A stretch of DNA of 59,636 nt from a virus (Duplodnaviria; Caudoviricetes): the IMG/VR virus record IMGVR_UViG_3300031578_000030, positions 1-59,636 of that record, one strand, 5' to 3'. The position numbers were made by a program, and so were the translations under genes. Shown here piece after piece: positions 35,436-45,453 of the stretch (its first letter is position 1; each line of letters opens with the position of its first letter). Under the pieces are notes generated by a model. That model saw nothing but the letters and a program-made list of their open reading frames with translations, did no database searches and was not told the origin of the DNA.

Positions 35436-35815
35436 GGGTTACTCCTTATTTCACAAGATAGCCACTGGCCGATAGGGCAGCGGTGGCTTGTAAATGACAA
35501 TACAACTTTCAGGTGGTCGTCTGCCTGAACACATCTCAATCTTTCTCGTCGTTCGCACCCGTCGCACTTCTCGGCCCGCTGGCGGAACACCTGAACGGAA
35601 ACTTTCCGCCCCTTGCAGTCGGGGGCGTGCTTGCACGCAAGCTCCTCGAGCTCGGGGTCGCTGAGTGGTACAGGCGGCATACGGCAATTGCGGCGGGCCT
35701 TCGGACAGTTGCGATGACTCATTACATCAGACACGCCACCGCAGACTTCACAGCGAAATATGTTTTGCTGCGCGTCAAAATCCCATTGGCAATCTAAAGC
35801 ACGCTGACCGTGCAT
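35432..35815 (-). CDS. Cys-rich hypothetical protein
   Basis: CEVCG ... CDGC ... HRCPIGQW. Confidence 0.65.
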   Translation of the reverse strand: MHGQRALDCQWDFDAQQNIFRCEVCGGVSDVMSHRNCPKARRNCRMPPVPLSDPELEELACKHAPDCKGRKVSVQVFRQRAEKCDGCERRERLRCVQADDHLKVVLSFTSHRCPIGQWLSCEIRSNP

Positions 35816-36324
35816 GTCACTCCACTCGCGTCACAATAATCAGCAAGCCATGTATCCCGCTGCCAAAAGAAAGGCACGTCTTGGTCTGATAATGTTCCGC
35901 ACGGAACATTCCCGGACCCGTACCATTGAATCCACGAAACATAAGGATAAAAATCAGCCCTTTGCCATTGGATAACTAATTCGCCGGGGTCGTCGTTTGT
36001 TCCCAAGGCTACAACGCCAATGTCGCAAACACCGGGAATCCCATCATAACGCCGCGTACAAACATAAGGCTGCAAAGTTAGGTCATAGATGCCAAGCAAA
36101 TCGGCACAGCTTCCGCATCCTTTGTCCGCTATTTCTCCGCCGAACACCACCCGAAATGCCGCTGGCATCTTATTGTCATTGCAATGAGTGCAGTCAGTCT
36201 CACCGCCGGCTCCGCACCACGGATACCACCTCCCGCTGACGCCCAGTTCGGATCGTATCCCTAACGCCCGGGGAACCCATAGCCACGGCTTTGAGGGCAG
36301 CCAGAGCTTTCCCACTATGGACAC
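35794..36324 (-). CDS. Cys-rich putative tail/receptor-binding protein
   Basis: Multiple Cys, lower GC, distal tail position. Confidence 0.55.
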   Translation of the reverse strand: MSIVGKLWLPSKPWLWVPRALGIRSELGVSGRWYPWCGAGGETDCTHCNDNKMPAAFRVVFGGEIADKGCGSCADLLGIYDLTLQPYVCTRRYDGIPGVCDIGVVALGTNDDPGELVIQWQRADFYPYVSWIQWYGSGNVPCGTLSDQDVPFFWQRDTWLADYCDASGVTCTVSVL

Positions 36325-37304
36325 TCCATCTGCCAGATGTAATACGTATCGTCGTCCAGATCGTAGTGGGCAATGCCCACGTCATTCTCTGCCCAGCCGG
36401 CGAAGATACCGCTCGTGTTGTCAACTGACGAAACCGGCGTGGTGGGCTCGTAGCCGTCATGGTACGTCACGCCGTCGACTGTCAGAGCAGGGGCGTCGTC
36501 CGTCATCACGAACTCGATCCAGCGAGCCTGGTGCTCCAATTCCTGGATCTCAAGCCGCCCTGAATCCGGGCCGTATTTGGCATAACCACGGACCCCGTCC
36601 CTTTCTGCCGGAGGCGAGCTTTGCCGGAATCGAGTGAAGGGATCGTAGAAAGTCAGGTCAATACTGCTGTCGGCCTCATAATCAGCTCCCGTCCAGGTCA
36701 AGGGATGGCCAAGGACGCTCCCGCCAGGGGTAAGCGTCTGGCCGCTTTTTATCTCAAAGCGAAGCGTCTGTTCGACATCGGCCAAGCGGACGATGCACCA
36801 CTTGACGCCGGTTCCCGATTCCTTCCACAAGATGCGGCAAGAGCCTATCAGGTTGCTTTCGAGATAGCCGGTCTCTGCGTTCTTGATCTCGGCGTGGATG
36901 TGGTCATCGTTGCGAACATCTACCTTGGCCACGCACACGCCGGCGAGGATTGCCGTCCCGATCTTTCCCGCCGCCAACGGCTCCAGCAGGATGGCAAAGT
37001 TGCCCTCGTGCGTTCCTGCTACCGGGGCCACGCCGTAGAAGAGCGGGAATGACTCGAAGGCCGACAAGTTCACGTCTGGCGTGGGCCAGACGTTGCTGAT
37101 CCCCAGCACGCCGTGGCGGTCGACTACGCTCTCGGTCGTATTCTCGACCGAAACGATGCCACTGGACCGCATGGCGTAGCCGCTGCCCGCACCGCCGGAC
37201 CGCTGGAGGTGCTCCACATAGCGGATTGCGTCGACCGTCGCCCCTATCAATTTGGCCGACGGCTTGAATCGCTCGCCTTGCTTTGGTTTTCGCAGCTCGG
37301 CCAT
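36315..37304 (-). CDS. putative minor tail protein
   Basis: 329 aa downstream of the tape measure; ILLEPLAAGKIG, RILWKESG. Confidence 0.7.
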   Translation of the reverse strand: MAELRKPKQGERFKPSAKLIGATVDAIRYVEHLQRSGGAGSGYAMRSSGIVSVENTTESVVDRHGVLGISNVWPTPDVNLSAFESFPLFYGVAPVAGTHEGNFAILLEPLAAGKIGTAILAGVCVAKVDVRNDDHIHAEIKNAETGYLESNLIGSCRILWKESGTGVKWCIVRLADVEQTLRFEIKSGQTLTPGGSVLGHPLTWTGADYEADSSIDLTFYDPFTRFRQSSPPAERDGVRGYAKYGPDSGRLEIQELEHQARWIEFVMTDDAPALTVDGVTYHDGYEPTTPVSSVDNTSGIFAGWAENDVGIAHYDLDDDTYYIWQMECP

Positions 37305-37307
37305 GCG

Positions 37308-38132
37308 TCAACTCCAGGGATCGGGCAGGCAGAGGTTGGCAAGATTGGTGTAATCATAGACACGCTCGACGTGGACAGCGACCGGCCGCTTGGTCAGCCG
37401 GTTGACCCCTTCGTCCTTGATCTCCTCGTACTCGATCCACAAGTAGTGGTTGCCCTCCTTGTCGACGTCCGAGATTGCAGCCTCCCCGCTGCCGATCGTC
37501 ATTCCAGTCTTCGTGCGGCTGGAAGCGAACTTGTATGTCACCGGGCAATTCTTTTCAAGTAACGATGCGTGGCTGCCGGAGATCCCGAGCAGCAGAAGCT
37601 CGCCTTTCTCCCAGATCCGAAACGGTAGGCCGTTGATGTGGGCAACGGCCGCTTCCATCGCGGTTATCCACGCATGGGTGGCAACCGTTGCGGCCGGCAG
37701 GTTGTGCGTCTCCTCCCAACTGAATACGGGTACGACGATGTCGCAGCCCTCGACCTTGCGTGTGTTGCCGTCCTGGTGGACGCCGATAGCGCCGCCGTGG
37801 GCCGCCGTGAACGTGCCCCCTGTCTTGTACGACTGGACGTGCTCCAGGGCTTGGGTGATGTGGAGATTAGAGGTGCCGATGTCGAACGTCCACGAGACGT
37901 TGCTCTCCTCTTCCCGCGAGCCGAGGCGGGAATACTCCACGGTCGCGTCCCACTCCCCGCCGCCCAGCTCCTGCAATCTCAGGTCACACTTGAGGCAACC
38001 GCCGAACACCGGCGGTGCCACGTTCCAGGCGACGGCCCGTGCGATCGACGCAATGCTTTCACCCGACACACGCCACAGTTGCCGTGCGGTTTCCTCTGTC
38101 AACTCCTGGCCAACCAGCTCGTATGCAGGCAT
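37308..38132 (-). CDS. putative distal tail protein
   Basis: Start MPAYELV overlapping the tape measure stop. Confidence 0.7.
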   Translation of the reverse strand: MPAYELVGQELTEETARQLWRVSGESIASIARAVAWNVAPPVFGGCLKCDLRLQELGGGEWDATVEYSRLGSREEESNVSWTFDIGTSNLHITQALEHVQSYKTGGTFTAAHGGAIGVHQDGNTRKVEGCDIVVPVFSWEETHNLPAATVATHAWITAMEAAVAHINGLPFRIWEKGELLLLGISGSHASLLEKNCPVTYKFASSRTKTGMTIGSGEAAISDVDKEGNHYLWIEYEEIKDEGVNRLTKRPVAVHVERVYDYTNLANLCLPDPWS

Positions 38133-40060
38133 TAGGGTCCAACCTCCAAAGCCAGGTCGTCCTTGATCTCGTCCAACGTCTCTGCCATCGCTTCCGTGTT
38201 CTCGGCCGTCTGCTCGGCCGCCTCGGCAATCCGATCTTCGGCCGACCGCTCTCGCCCCATCCGCATCGCCACGGCGGCAGAGAACGAGCCCGCCACGCCA
38301 CGCAGAACCGCCTCGGGCATACGGTTGAGAACGCCGATAGGGCCTCCCTCCCCTGCCGCAGCCGCTCCCACTCCCGCCTCTTCTTTCTTGCGTTTGGCAT
38401 CGGCGACCAGTGCGTCCAGCTCGGCCCTTGCTCTCGCCAATTCCTCGTGGAGCCCGGCCATCGCCGCCTTCCGCGCCGCCTCCTGCGATTCCAGTATAGC
38501 GGCCCCCTCTTCGCCAATCGCCTTGATCCTCGCATCGTGCTCGTGCTGAATCTCCGCCATTCGGGCAGCGTGGCGGGTCTCCCACGCCTTATCAAGTCGA
38601 TCATACTGCCGATCCACGTCTGCCATCACCGCCGCCGGGTCGAGCCCCTCGACCTTGGCGATTACCCAGGCGAATCCCTTGGCGATTCCCTGTTGCGCCC
38701 CCGTCCAGGCATTGCGGAAGAACGTAATGAACTCCTCCCAATAGGTCTTCAGCGCCGCGGTCATCTTGTAAAACATCAGCTCTATGCCCAACGGAAAGAG
38801 CAAAAACGCCTCAAGCATTTTGTTCTTAGCGTCAATCCACCAGCCCGCGATTTCCAGCGTCCCTTCCCGCCAGACGACTTTGACGCCGGCCCACAGGATC
38901 TTGGCCGCCAGTGTGATGTCGCCGGCCGTCAGGGCGTCCTTGATCCCGCCCACGGTCTTTAGTGCGGTATCCTTCAACGTCTTCCATTTTTCGCCCAGAC
39001 TGGCGATCGCTCGCTTGCCACTCGACGTGTACTTGAAAAACACGTAGCCCATAACTGCGGCTGCCGCGACCACGAGGCCAATCGGCGACAGTAGGGCCAG
39101 GACCGCCGCCTTGAGAACAGCGAACACCGTCAGGACAGCCCCGACCATTGAACCGAGAGCAGTCAATGCAGCCCCAGCAAGAATGCAGCCCATGCCAAAC
39201 GCGGTAACAGCGGCGCCCACGAGCACGATGGTCGCGCCGATCTTGAACAGCGCGACCACCAGGGGCTTGTTCTCCTTCAGCCACTGAGAAACCCTGGCTG
39301 TGGCCTCCCTGATCTTGTCGCCCAGCTTGGTAAACATCGGAGCCAATGCCGCGCCGATGCGGGCCTTGACCAGCTCCATTACTTCCTTCATGCGGTACAT
39401 TGCATCGGTATATTCCGCCGCCGCCGTAACCTCCTCTCGGGTCAGCGGAGCGAACTTCTTGTATTCTTCCATCATGCCGATCAGTCCCGCCTTGCCATCC
39501 CGTAACATCGGTAGCAGCTTTGTCCCGCCTCGGCCAAACAATACCGAGGCAAGCGCCGCTTTCTTCGTTTCGTTTTCCATTGTGGAGAGCGCGGCCGCGC
39601 AGTCCATGAAAAGCACTTCCGTTGGCTTGAGCTGCTTGTTGTCATCCAACACTTCTACGCGCAGCTCCTTGAAAGCATCAACCGCCGTTGTCAAACCTTG
39701 CTCGGCATCATAGGCGGCATGCTGTACCCGCCGGATGCTGACTTCCATCGTGGCCAGATCAGTACCGCCAAGCTGCGCCGCGTGCCCCAAGCCCTGAAGA
39801 AACTCGACCGACGCACCAGTCCGTGCGGACATCTTGTCCAGCGTGTCGCCCATCGTGGCAAACACCTTGGTACACTTCAGCAACGGGACGGTGATTGCCA
39901 GGCCCATCGCGGTGATGCCGGCACCGATCAGTGAGACCTTTGTCCCAAACGCCCGTAGCTTCGCACCCGCTGCGCTCAAGCCACGGACCAGGGGATGGTC
40001 GATAGCGAACAGCTCGACAAAAGCCCGGCCGGCTCGAATTGCACCTGCGCCTGCTACCAT
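38132..40060 (-). CDS. tail tape measure protein
   Basis: AIRAGRAFVEL N-terminus, helical Ala-rich body, LFGRGG, hydrophobic central region. Confidence 0.85.
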   Translation of the reverse strand: MVAGAGAIRAGRAFVELFAIDHPLVRGLSAAGAKLRAFGTKVSLIGAGITAMGLAITVPLLKCTKVFATMGDTLDKMSARTGASVEFLQGLGHAAQLGGTDLATMEVSIRRVQHAAYDAEQGLTTAVDAFKELRVEVLDDNKQLKPTEVLFMDCAAALSTMENETKKAALASVLFGRGGTKLLPMLRDGKAGLIGMMEEYKKFAPLTREEVTAAAEYTDAMYRMKEVMELVKARIGAALAPMFTKLGDKIREATARVSQWLKENKPLVVALFKIGATIVLVGAAVTAFGMGCILAGAALTALGSMVGAVLTVFAVLKAAVLALLSPIGLVVAAAAVMGYVFFKYTSSGKRAIASLGEKWKTLKDTALKTVGGIKDALTAGDITLAAKILWAGVKVVWREGTLEIAGWWIDAKNKMLEAFLLFPLGIELMFYKMTAALKTYWEEFITFFRNAWTGAQQGIAKGFAWVIAKVEGLDPAAVMADVDRQYDRLDKAWETRHAARMAEIQHEHDARIKAIGEEGAAILESQEAARKAAMAGLHEELARARAELDALVADAKRKKEEAGVGAAAAGEGGPIGVLNRMPEAVLRGVAGSFSAAVAMRMGRERSAEDRIAEAAEQTAENTEAMAETLDEIKDDLALEVGP

Positions 40061-40064
40061 CGTG

Positions 40065-40403
40065 CTAGTCTCCCTCGATCACAATCTCGAACTCTTGCTG
40101 GCCGACAGGGAACGTGTCCCGGTTGCCGTCCGCATCGGTCACGACGAAATAGGCGTAGTAGGTTCCCGCCGTGTCCACGTCGGCTGCCTGCGGGTTGTAA
40201 CGGCACTCCCCGTCGTCCTCATTCGTGACCTCAACGTTGCTTGTCGTCTCGGCCACTACGTCCTCGCCGTCGGCGTCGACCATATAGAAGCTGACAGTCT
40301 TGTCGGCAAGACTGACTGCATTACCGTCCGGCCGCTCCAGCGTTGCCGCAATCGGGATTTCGGTATCGCCTACGTGGCGCTTCTGGCGTCGCTTGACTAC
40401 CAT
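40065..40403 (-). CDS. BppU-like baseplate upper protein N-terminal domain
   Basis: GDT..I..TL, G.CRY..QAADVDTAGTYYAYF..T....TFP. Confidence 0.7.
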   Translation of the reverse strand: MVVKRRQKRHVGDTEIPIAATLERPDGNAVSLADKTVSFYMVDADGEDVVAETTSNVEVTNEDDGECRYNPQAADVDTAGTYYAYFVVTDADGNRDTFPVGQQEFEIVIEGD

Positions 40404-40418
40404 GACAGGGCCCCTCTG

Positions 40419-40817
40419 TTATTTCTCGCCTACAGCGGCGACCGTGGCACCCTGCTTTTCCGGCCATTGACCCGTCTTGATGAAGTGATCCGCCGCCCGC
40501 TTGCCAAAGTGCTCCATCGAGACGTAGATCGTTTTGGAGCGGACGAAAATCTGGCGAACAACCTTGCCGTCTTTCAAGATGACAGGCTGATATACGTACG
40601 GCGGCTGAACGTCAAGCCGTTTGTAGACTCGCACCTCGAAGCCTCGATGATCCTGCGTCTCGGCAAGCTCGATCTGGGCTGCCGGGATGTCCTCGGCGGT
40701 TTTGAACGACCGGCGAAGCGCTTTCATTTCGGTTTGCGAGCTATGGTGTCTCAGAGTCTTCGTTTCCGCGAGGATCTTTTTGAGACCCACGATGTCAGTA
40801 ACGAGTTGCTGAAGCAT
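40419..40817 (-). CDS. hypothetical protein
   Basis: 132 aa, AAGGAG RBS. Confidence 0.6.
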   Translation of the reverse strand: MLQQLVTDIVGLKKILAETKTLRHHSSQTEMKALRRSFKTAEDIPAAQIELAETQDHRGFEVRVYKRLDVQPPYVYQPVILKDGKVVRQIFVRSKTIYVSMEHFGKRAADHFIKTGQWPEKQGATVAAVGEK

Positions 40818-40830
40818 GCTTCTCTCCTTA

Positions 40831-41277
40831 TCAGGCTGGTTGCCCGATGTTCAAGAATCCCTCGGCCGGTGCCGGGGCAGTCACTTGAGTGGCCAACGCG
40901 GTTACGTCCGAGGTGTAGTCAACGAACAACAGCGGGATGTCCCCCGTGCCGCCATCGACGTACTTGACCACGAGGGCTCCCTGATAGTCCCGGGTAGCGT
41001 CGCCGGACAGGCCACTCCATACCCAGTTGTCGGACGACCAGACCATTTCGTTGTCCGTGTCGTCCGCGGATACTGCCGGCGTCGTGATGTCTTCGTGCGC
41101 GTACCCCGTCGCGTCACCCTCGTCAAGCGTCGTGATACCGTCAACCGTGGCGGCGTCGGGCTCGGTGTCCGCAGTGGTATTGGTCATCAACAGGAGTGCG
41201 TCCAGATTGTCCGTCTCCCAGTCAATGGTGTTCTCGAACGTGCCCACAAGGCCGTTTTGATAAAGTACACTTGCCAT
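40831..41277 (-). CDS. putative virion structural protein
   Basis: Acidic, beta-rich; AAGGAG RBS. Confidence 0.65.
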   Translation of the reverse strand: MASVLYQNGLVGTFENTIDWETDNLDALLLMTNTTADTEPDAATVDGITTLDEGDATGYAHEDITTPAVSADDTDNEMVWSSDNWVWSGLSGDATRDYQGALVVKYVDGGTGDIPLLFVDYTSDVTALATQVTAPAPAEGFLNIGQPA

Positions 41278-41293
41278 GTCTATTGGCTCCTTG

Positions 41294-42733
41294 TTACTGT
41301 AATCCCACCAGTGTTTTCCGTTCGGTCGACGTCCCCACGAGCACCATACGCTCAGTGGTAGTTCCCTGAAGCTCCACGCGAGTAGCGGAAGTCCCCACGA
41401 GTCGCATGCGTTGCCTGACTACCGCTATGGTGCTCGTCGCCGTTACAGCCGGCTGGCTGACTGCGGCCACGACCACAGCCGTTGCCGCCTCGACTATGGC
41501 CTCCCACGCCGCGGTAAGTAACGGCTGCGATACCGAGGCCACAAGCGGCGACAACTCTGCGGATACCGCGAGTTGCCAGGTGGCGGTCACGGCAGGTTGG
41601 CTGGCAATCGCAACAACCGCCGCCGTACCGGCGATCGCGCCGGTCACACCTTCCGCCGTTACCTCCGGGGTCGAGACGGAGGCAGCCACTTCGCCGAGGC
41701 TGGCCGAGACTTCCAGGACGTGCGTAGCCGTAACGGCGGGTTGAGAAACAGCGGCCGCCACTTCAGCGAGATTCGCCGAAACTTCAAGCACGTGGCTGGC
41801 AGTCACCTCGGGCTGGGCCACGGTTGCGGTTGTTTCGGCAAGCTCAGCCGAGACTTCCAGCACATAGGTCGCGGTAACTGTCGGCTGCTCGATGACCAGG
41901 GCAGTTTCAGCTAGGGTGGCCGATACCTCCAAAACGTGCGTAGCCGCAACGGCGGACTGGGATAAGACAGCCACGACGACCGCTGTGCCGGCGGTTTCGC
42001 CCGCCGCTGCCGCTGCCGGGAAGATCAACTGCGGCCGGGACGGATAAATCAGGCCCGGCGAATGATCAGCCCACGACGGCGTGTTGACCGGCGTCATGTT
42101 ATAGCCGCCAACCACATCGTTGTCGTGCCGACCCTGCAATCCGCCCAGCGGCCAATACCCGACGAGACCCAGCGGGAACTGCAACGGCGTCCAGCCAAGG
42201 GCCAGTCCGGGTACGGCCACCCGCTCAAACTCATTGGCCTTGTCGCTTGCCGTTGCCCCGGGCCAGTTTGAAATATCCCATATCGCAGCCTCGGCAATTC
42301 GGCCCGACATGTACCCGAATGGCGTGGAATCCGCAGATATGCCGATTGATACCGCATCAGGAGTTACTGCCCCTTGGACATTGGCAGTCGTGCCTTTATT
42401 GGCTCCGTTCAACAATATCCGCATGTCAGTCGAGTTGACCCACAGCCCGCAAGCATGCTGCCATATATTGATCGAATAGTTGATCGACGAATCCGCCTGT
42501 CTCAGGGCTTGGCCAGCCCCGTAGCCTATTGCGCATAGATCGTCGACATCCTCCCGTAACTGCAAAGCGTAATACCACGCCGCGGCGCCCTCGCCAAGCG
42601 AGACCAGTGTTTGATCGGTGTTTAACGCATCCGTAAAGTACCAGCACGCCATCACAAACGGATACGACGATAGCGGAACACTCGTCGTGCGCTTTAGATA
42701 TTCCTGTTGTGCATCATCAAACAGCCGGGCCAT
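41294..42733 (-). CDS. LamG/concanavalin A-like domain protein with ~21-aa repeat stalk
   Basis: WQHACG, MSGRIAEAAIWD, GLVGYWPL, followed by repeats such as SQPAVTATHVLEVSA.LAE. Confidence 0.75.
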   Translation of the reverse strand: MARLFDDAQQEYLKRTTSVPLSSYPFVMACWYFTDALNTDQTLVSLGEGAAAWYYALQLREDVDDLCAIGYGAGQALRQADSSINYSINIWQHACGLWVNSTDMRILLNGANKGTTANVQGAVTPDAVSIGISADSTPFGYMSGRIAEAAIWDISNWPGATASDKANEFERVAVPGLALGWTPLQFPLGLVGYWPLGGLQGRHDNDVVGGYNMTPVNTPSWADHSPGLIYPSRPQLIFPAAAAAGETAGTAVVVAVLSQSAVAATHVLEVSATLAETALVIEQPTVTATYVLEVSAELAETTATVAQPEVTASHVLEVSANLAEVAAAVSQPAVTATHVLEVSASLGEVAASVSTPEVTAEGVTGAIAGTAAVVAIASQPAVTATWQLAVSAELSPLVASVSQPLLTAAWEAIVEAATAVVVAAVSQPAVTATSTIAVVRQRMRLVGTSATRVELQGTTTERMVLVGTSTERKTLVGLQ

Positions 42734-43275
42734 TACGCCACCACCTCGTACAGGTCAACGTGGGTGATCCAGATTGAATCAGCGTAGTCATCGGCCCCGT
42801 CGGCACTGTCCCGCCGAATGCAGATCCGACACGCATCTCCCGCTGCAATCGCGTCGGCCTGGGCCTGGTTGAAAGTAATCGTCGCCACGTTCAACTCGCC
42901 AGCGTTGGCATCCACCGCATCGGTCACCGACTGGTGGGCGGCGAAAGCATCGGCGGTCGCGTGCATGTCGTGGGCATCCGATTCGGTGATGCACTCAAAT
43001 GCCCCATCCAAGACGACGGAACCGCCCCCACCAGCAGCGTCGCCGAAATAGTAGATCAGCAATTTCGCCCCGCTGCCGTCCGTCCAGATATTCGCATCGG
43101 GGACTGAGAACGATTGTGACACCATCGCCGACTCGTTCGCTCCGTCGATGAACTTCATCGAACTGCGTCCGCTCGGGGCAGCGGCCAAGGCGGGGATATC
43201 GCCAGCCTCAATGATTGTGTTCTGGTCGCCGGTGAAGAACGATGCCGGCAGGCTCATGCGAAATTCGTCAGCCAT
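42733..43275 (-). CDS. putative structural beta-sandwich protein
   Basis: 180 aa; IAAGD...IRRD...DD motif. Confidence 0.6.
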   Translation of the reverse strand: MADEFRMSLPASFFTGDQNTIIEAGDIPALAAAPSGRSSMKFIDGANESAMVSQSFSVPDANIWTDGSGAKLLIYYFGDAAGGGGSVVLDGAFECITESDAHDMHATADAFAAHQSVTDAVDANAGELNVATITFNQAQADAIAAGDACRICIRRDSADGADDYADSIWITHVDLYEVVA

Positions 43276-43276
43276 G

Positions 43277-43603
43277 CTATATCTCCAGTCCTACTGAATC
43301 CTGTTCGGTGGCGTGATTCGGTCGGTACTTGCTCTCGGCCGCCGTCACGCCAGGTAACGCCGCCAGAGCTTGCAAATCCGTCTCAACGGCTTGCATTGCC
43401 GTCAGTTCACCCGCCGTGAATTCATTCTGGAGATCGTTGCCGACGATTGCTGCGCGGATTGCCGCAACCACGGCATTGGCGTTTTCGATCGGCTTCGCTA
43501 CCCGCACATACCACAAATTGCGAACAGTCTGCGCTCGTTTCGTTTCTGCAAGGGTCATGTACGCTCCTTTCGTTACTCCCGCACCAGCGGTGCGATCAGT
43601 CAA
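43277..43603 (-). CDS. hypothetical protein
   Basis: Coupled ORF; alternative start at MTLAE after AAGGAG. Confidence 0.55.
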   Translation of the reverse strand: MTDRTAGAGVTKGAYMTLAETKRAQTVRNLWYVRVAKPIENANAVVAAIRAAIVGNDLQNEFTAGELTAMQAVETDLQALAALPGVTAAESKYRPNHATEQDSVGLEI

Positions 43604-43824
43604 AGCACTTTCATCAAAAACGCTCCGATCCCGCCGCCAAGCACGCCGCTCCCAACCACGACGCCGCAGAAGAAGATCATGCGGCCCGCGACACGTCGGG
43701 CCAGGCAGGTCTTTTCATGTTCTCGGAGCAAGATGAGTGCCATTTCGCGGGCCGCTTCTCTGGCAAGCTCCCGAACGAACTCGTTGAGCGGCACCTTGAT
43801 CGTCTGGAGATCCCGTTCAGTCAT
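43600..43824 (-). CDS. small membrane protein (holin-like position)
   Basis: C-terminal TM helix; adjacent to peptidase genes. Confidence 0.5.
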   Translation of the reverse strand: MTERDLQTIKVPLNEFVRELAREAAREMALILLREHEKTCLARRVAGRMIFFCGVVVGSGVLGGGIGAFLMKVL

Positions 43825-43831
43825 CGTTGCC

Positions 43832-44452
43832 TCATCTTCCTACAGGTACGGTGTTGAAACCGGGCAACTCACGCGGATCATTGCCCTGGACGTAGTGATA
43901 ATCCGCCCCCCATAAACCCCATTTGCAAATCTCAACCGGGTCGGTGTTCGACGGGTTGATCTTGTGGCTGAGCAAGCCGCCCGCCTCGTAGATGAATCCC
44001 GCCAGCTCTGAACAGAAGTACGCTTCCTCGCATTCCGTGTTAGGCAAATGCAGCCCGACCCGAGCTGCTTGCCATACGTCGTACCGCCGGCCGATGCTGC
44101 CGAGCATGTAGGCGGTCATCCGGCGGTAGTCGCACCGCTTCTGCTGATCCGGCCCCAGCGGCAGCCACCACACGTCGCCGTCGTACGCCGCCAGCCGATG
44201 CCGCAAGGGGACGGCCCGCACCTCGGGGATCACGGCCTCGATGATCCAAACAACGAATAGCTCGTCTTGGGCCCGGGTTCGGAGCACGGGTGCTACATGA
44301 TCCACGGGCCCGCCGCAGAGCCCCTGAACCACGGAAGCTACAGCGCTTTTGCCGCCAAAAGCGAACAGGTCACCGGTCGCCACGGTTGGCTCGACACTAC
44401 GGGTTCGGTAGTCGGTCCAGGGAATGTTCACAATCCAGCTTTCTTCAGGCAA
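43832..44452 (-). CDS. permuted papain-like amidase (YiiX/YaeF, C92-like)
   Basis: TGDL, DHVA, IIEA, GRRYD, YFCSELA (His precedes Cys). Confidence 0.8.
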   Translation of the reverse strand: MPEESWIVNIPWTDYRTRSVEPTVATGDLFAFGGKSAVASVVQGLCGGPVDHVAPVLRTRAQDELFVVWIIEAVIPEVRAVPLRHRLAAYDGDVWWLPLGPDQQKRCDYRRMTAYMLGSIGRRYDVWQAARVGLHLPNTECEEAYFCSELAGFIYEAGGLLSHKINPSNTDPVEICKWGLWGADYHYVQGNDPRELPGFNTVPVGR

Positions 44453-44628
44453 GCCTTCGCTTGTTCAACGATGGTCGTGTAGCCATGTCTCTCAGCTATC
44501 TCAATCAACACCCCAAGGTCATTTCGTTTAGCCTCCCGCAAGTCTGCAACCTCACGCTCCAGCTTAGCAACTTGTTCCGACAGAGTTCCAGACATTTCGA
44601 TTCTCCTGTTTGGGAATGAGATTCATGT

Positions 44629-45453
44629 TCACCCCGTTGCAGTCACGAGGCCGATGGCAAACAAATCGATGTCCGGTGTGCCCCGGCCTTCCTCAAGATC
44701 CACGAAACCAGCGTCGCCGTAATCCATGCCCCAACTGTTGCGGTGGCGCACGGCAAAGCGGTCTTTGCCTCGGCTCTGACCTAAATAGAGAACTCGATAG
44801 CCAGCGTGGAGCGCGTGCCCCCACCATTGATAACCGACGGGGCAGGGGATGTTGAGGAAAGAAAATGTCACGAGAGCATCAAACGCCTTGCCGCCTGACA
44901 GCAAACCGTCCGTCCATTCATCGACCTGGTACTTGGCACACTCCTCTTCCCAGCCCTTCTGCCATTTGCTCGGGCTGAACGAATAGCGAGAATCCTGCAT
45001 GGACGCCGGGCAAGTGCCGAACTTCACGGCTTGCATCAAGTCGTCTTCGGGATACGCGCCACGATTCCGCCAGCCCGTGATGGGCCCACCGATTGCCATG
45101 GCTGATAGTTCGACGTAGGGATGCCCCTGCACGCACCGTTGGACTTCCATCGGGTCCTTGATGCTATGGGCATGGCAGAAATTGGTGCTGGCCTGATCCG
45201 AGGCTCGAATGCCGGCTCGGCGCACAAGGTCCTCAAGCCAGGATTGCTCTTGGTCCTTCTGCTTGATTCGGTCGATCCATTCTGATCGTGGAATGAGCAA
45301 AGCCGGGTCCATCGGCTTGGCCACGGCACACTCGCCGAAGTTGGTCTTGCGCGGCCAGGCCCCGCCGAGCATTCGGTCGTGGTCATCGTGCCGCGTCGGG
45401 TCGATGTGGAGCTTCCAGGTCTGGTCGTTGATCAGGGGAACTTGCGGCATCAC
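44629..45453 (-). CDS. papain-like C1 cysteine peptidase
   Basis: DQASTNFCHAHS, GHAL, RNSWGMDYGDAG. Confidence 0.8.
   Translation of the reverse strand: MMPQVPLINDQTWKLHIDPTRHDDHDRMLGGAWPRKTNFGECAVAKPMDPALLIPRSEWIDRIKQKDQEQSWLEDLVRRAGIRASDQASTNFCHAHSIKDPMEVQRCVQGHPYVELSAMAIGGPITGWRNRGAYPEDDLMQAVKFGTCPASMQDSRYSFSPSKWQKGWEEECAKYQVDEWTDGLLSGGKAFDALVTFSFLNIPCPVGYQWWGHALHAGYRVLYLGQSRGKDRFAVRHRNSWGMDYGDAGFVDLEEGRGTPDIDLFAIGLVTATG

Noticed and set aside
35432-37304. Diversity-generating retroelement acting on tail genes
   Set aside because: No reverse transcriptase and no template/variable repeat pair were seen.
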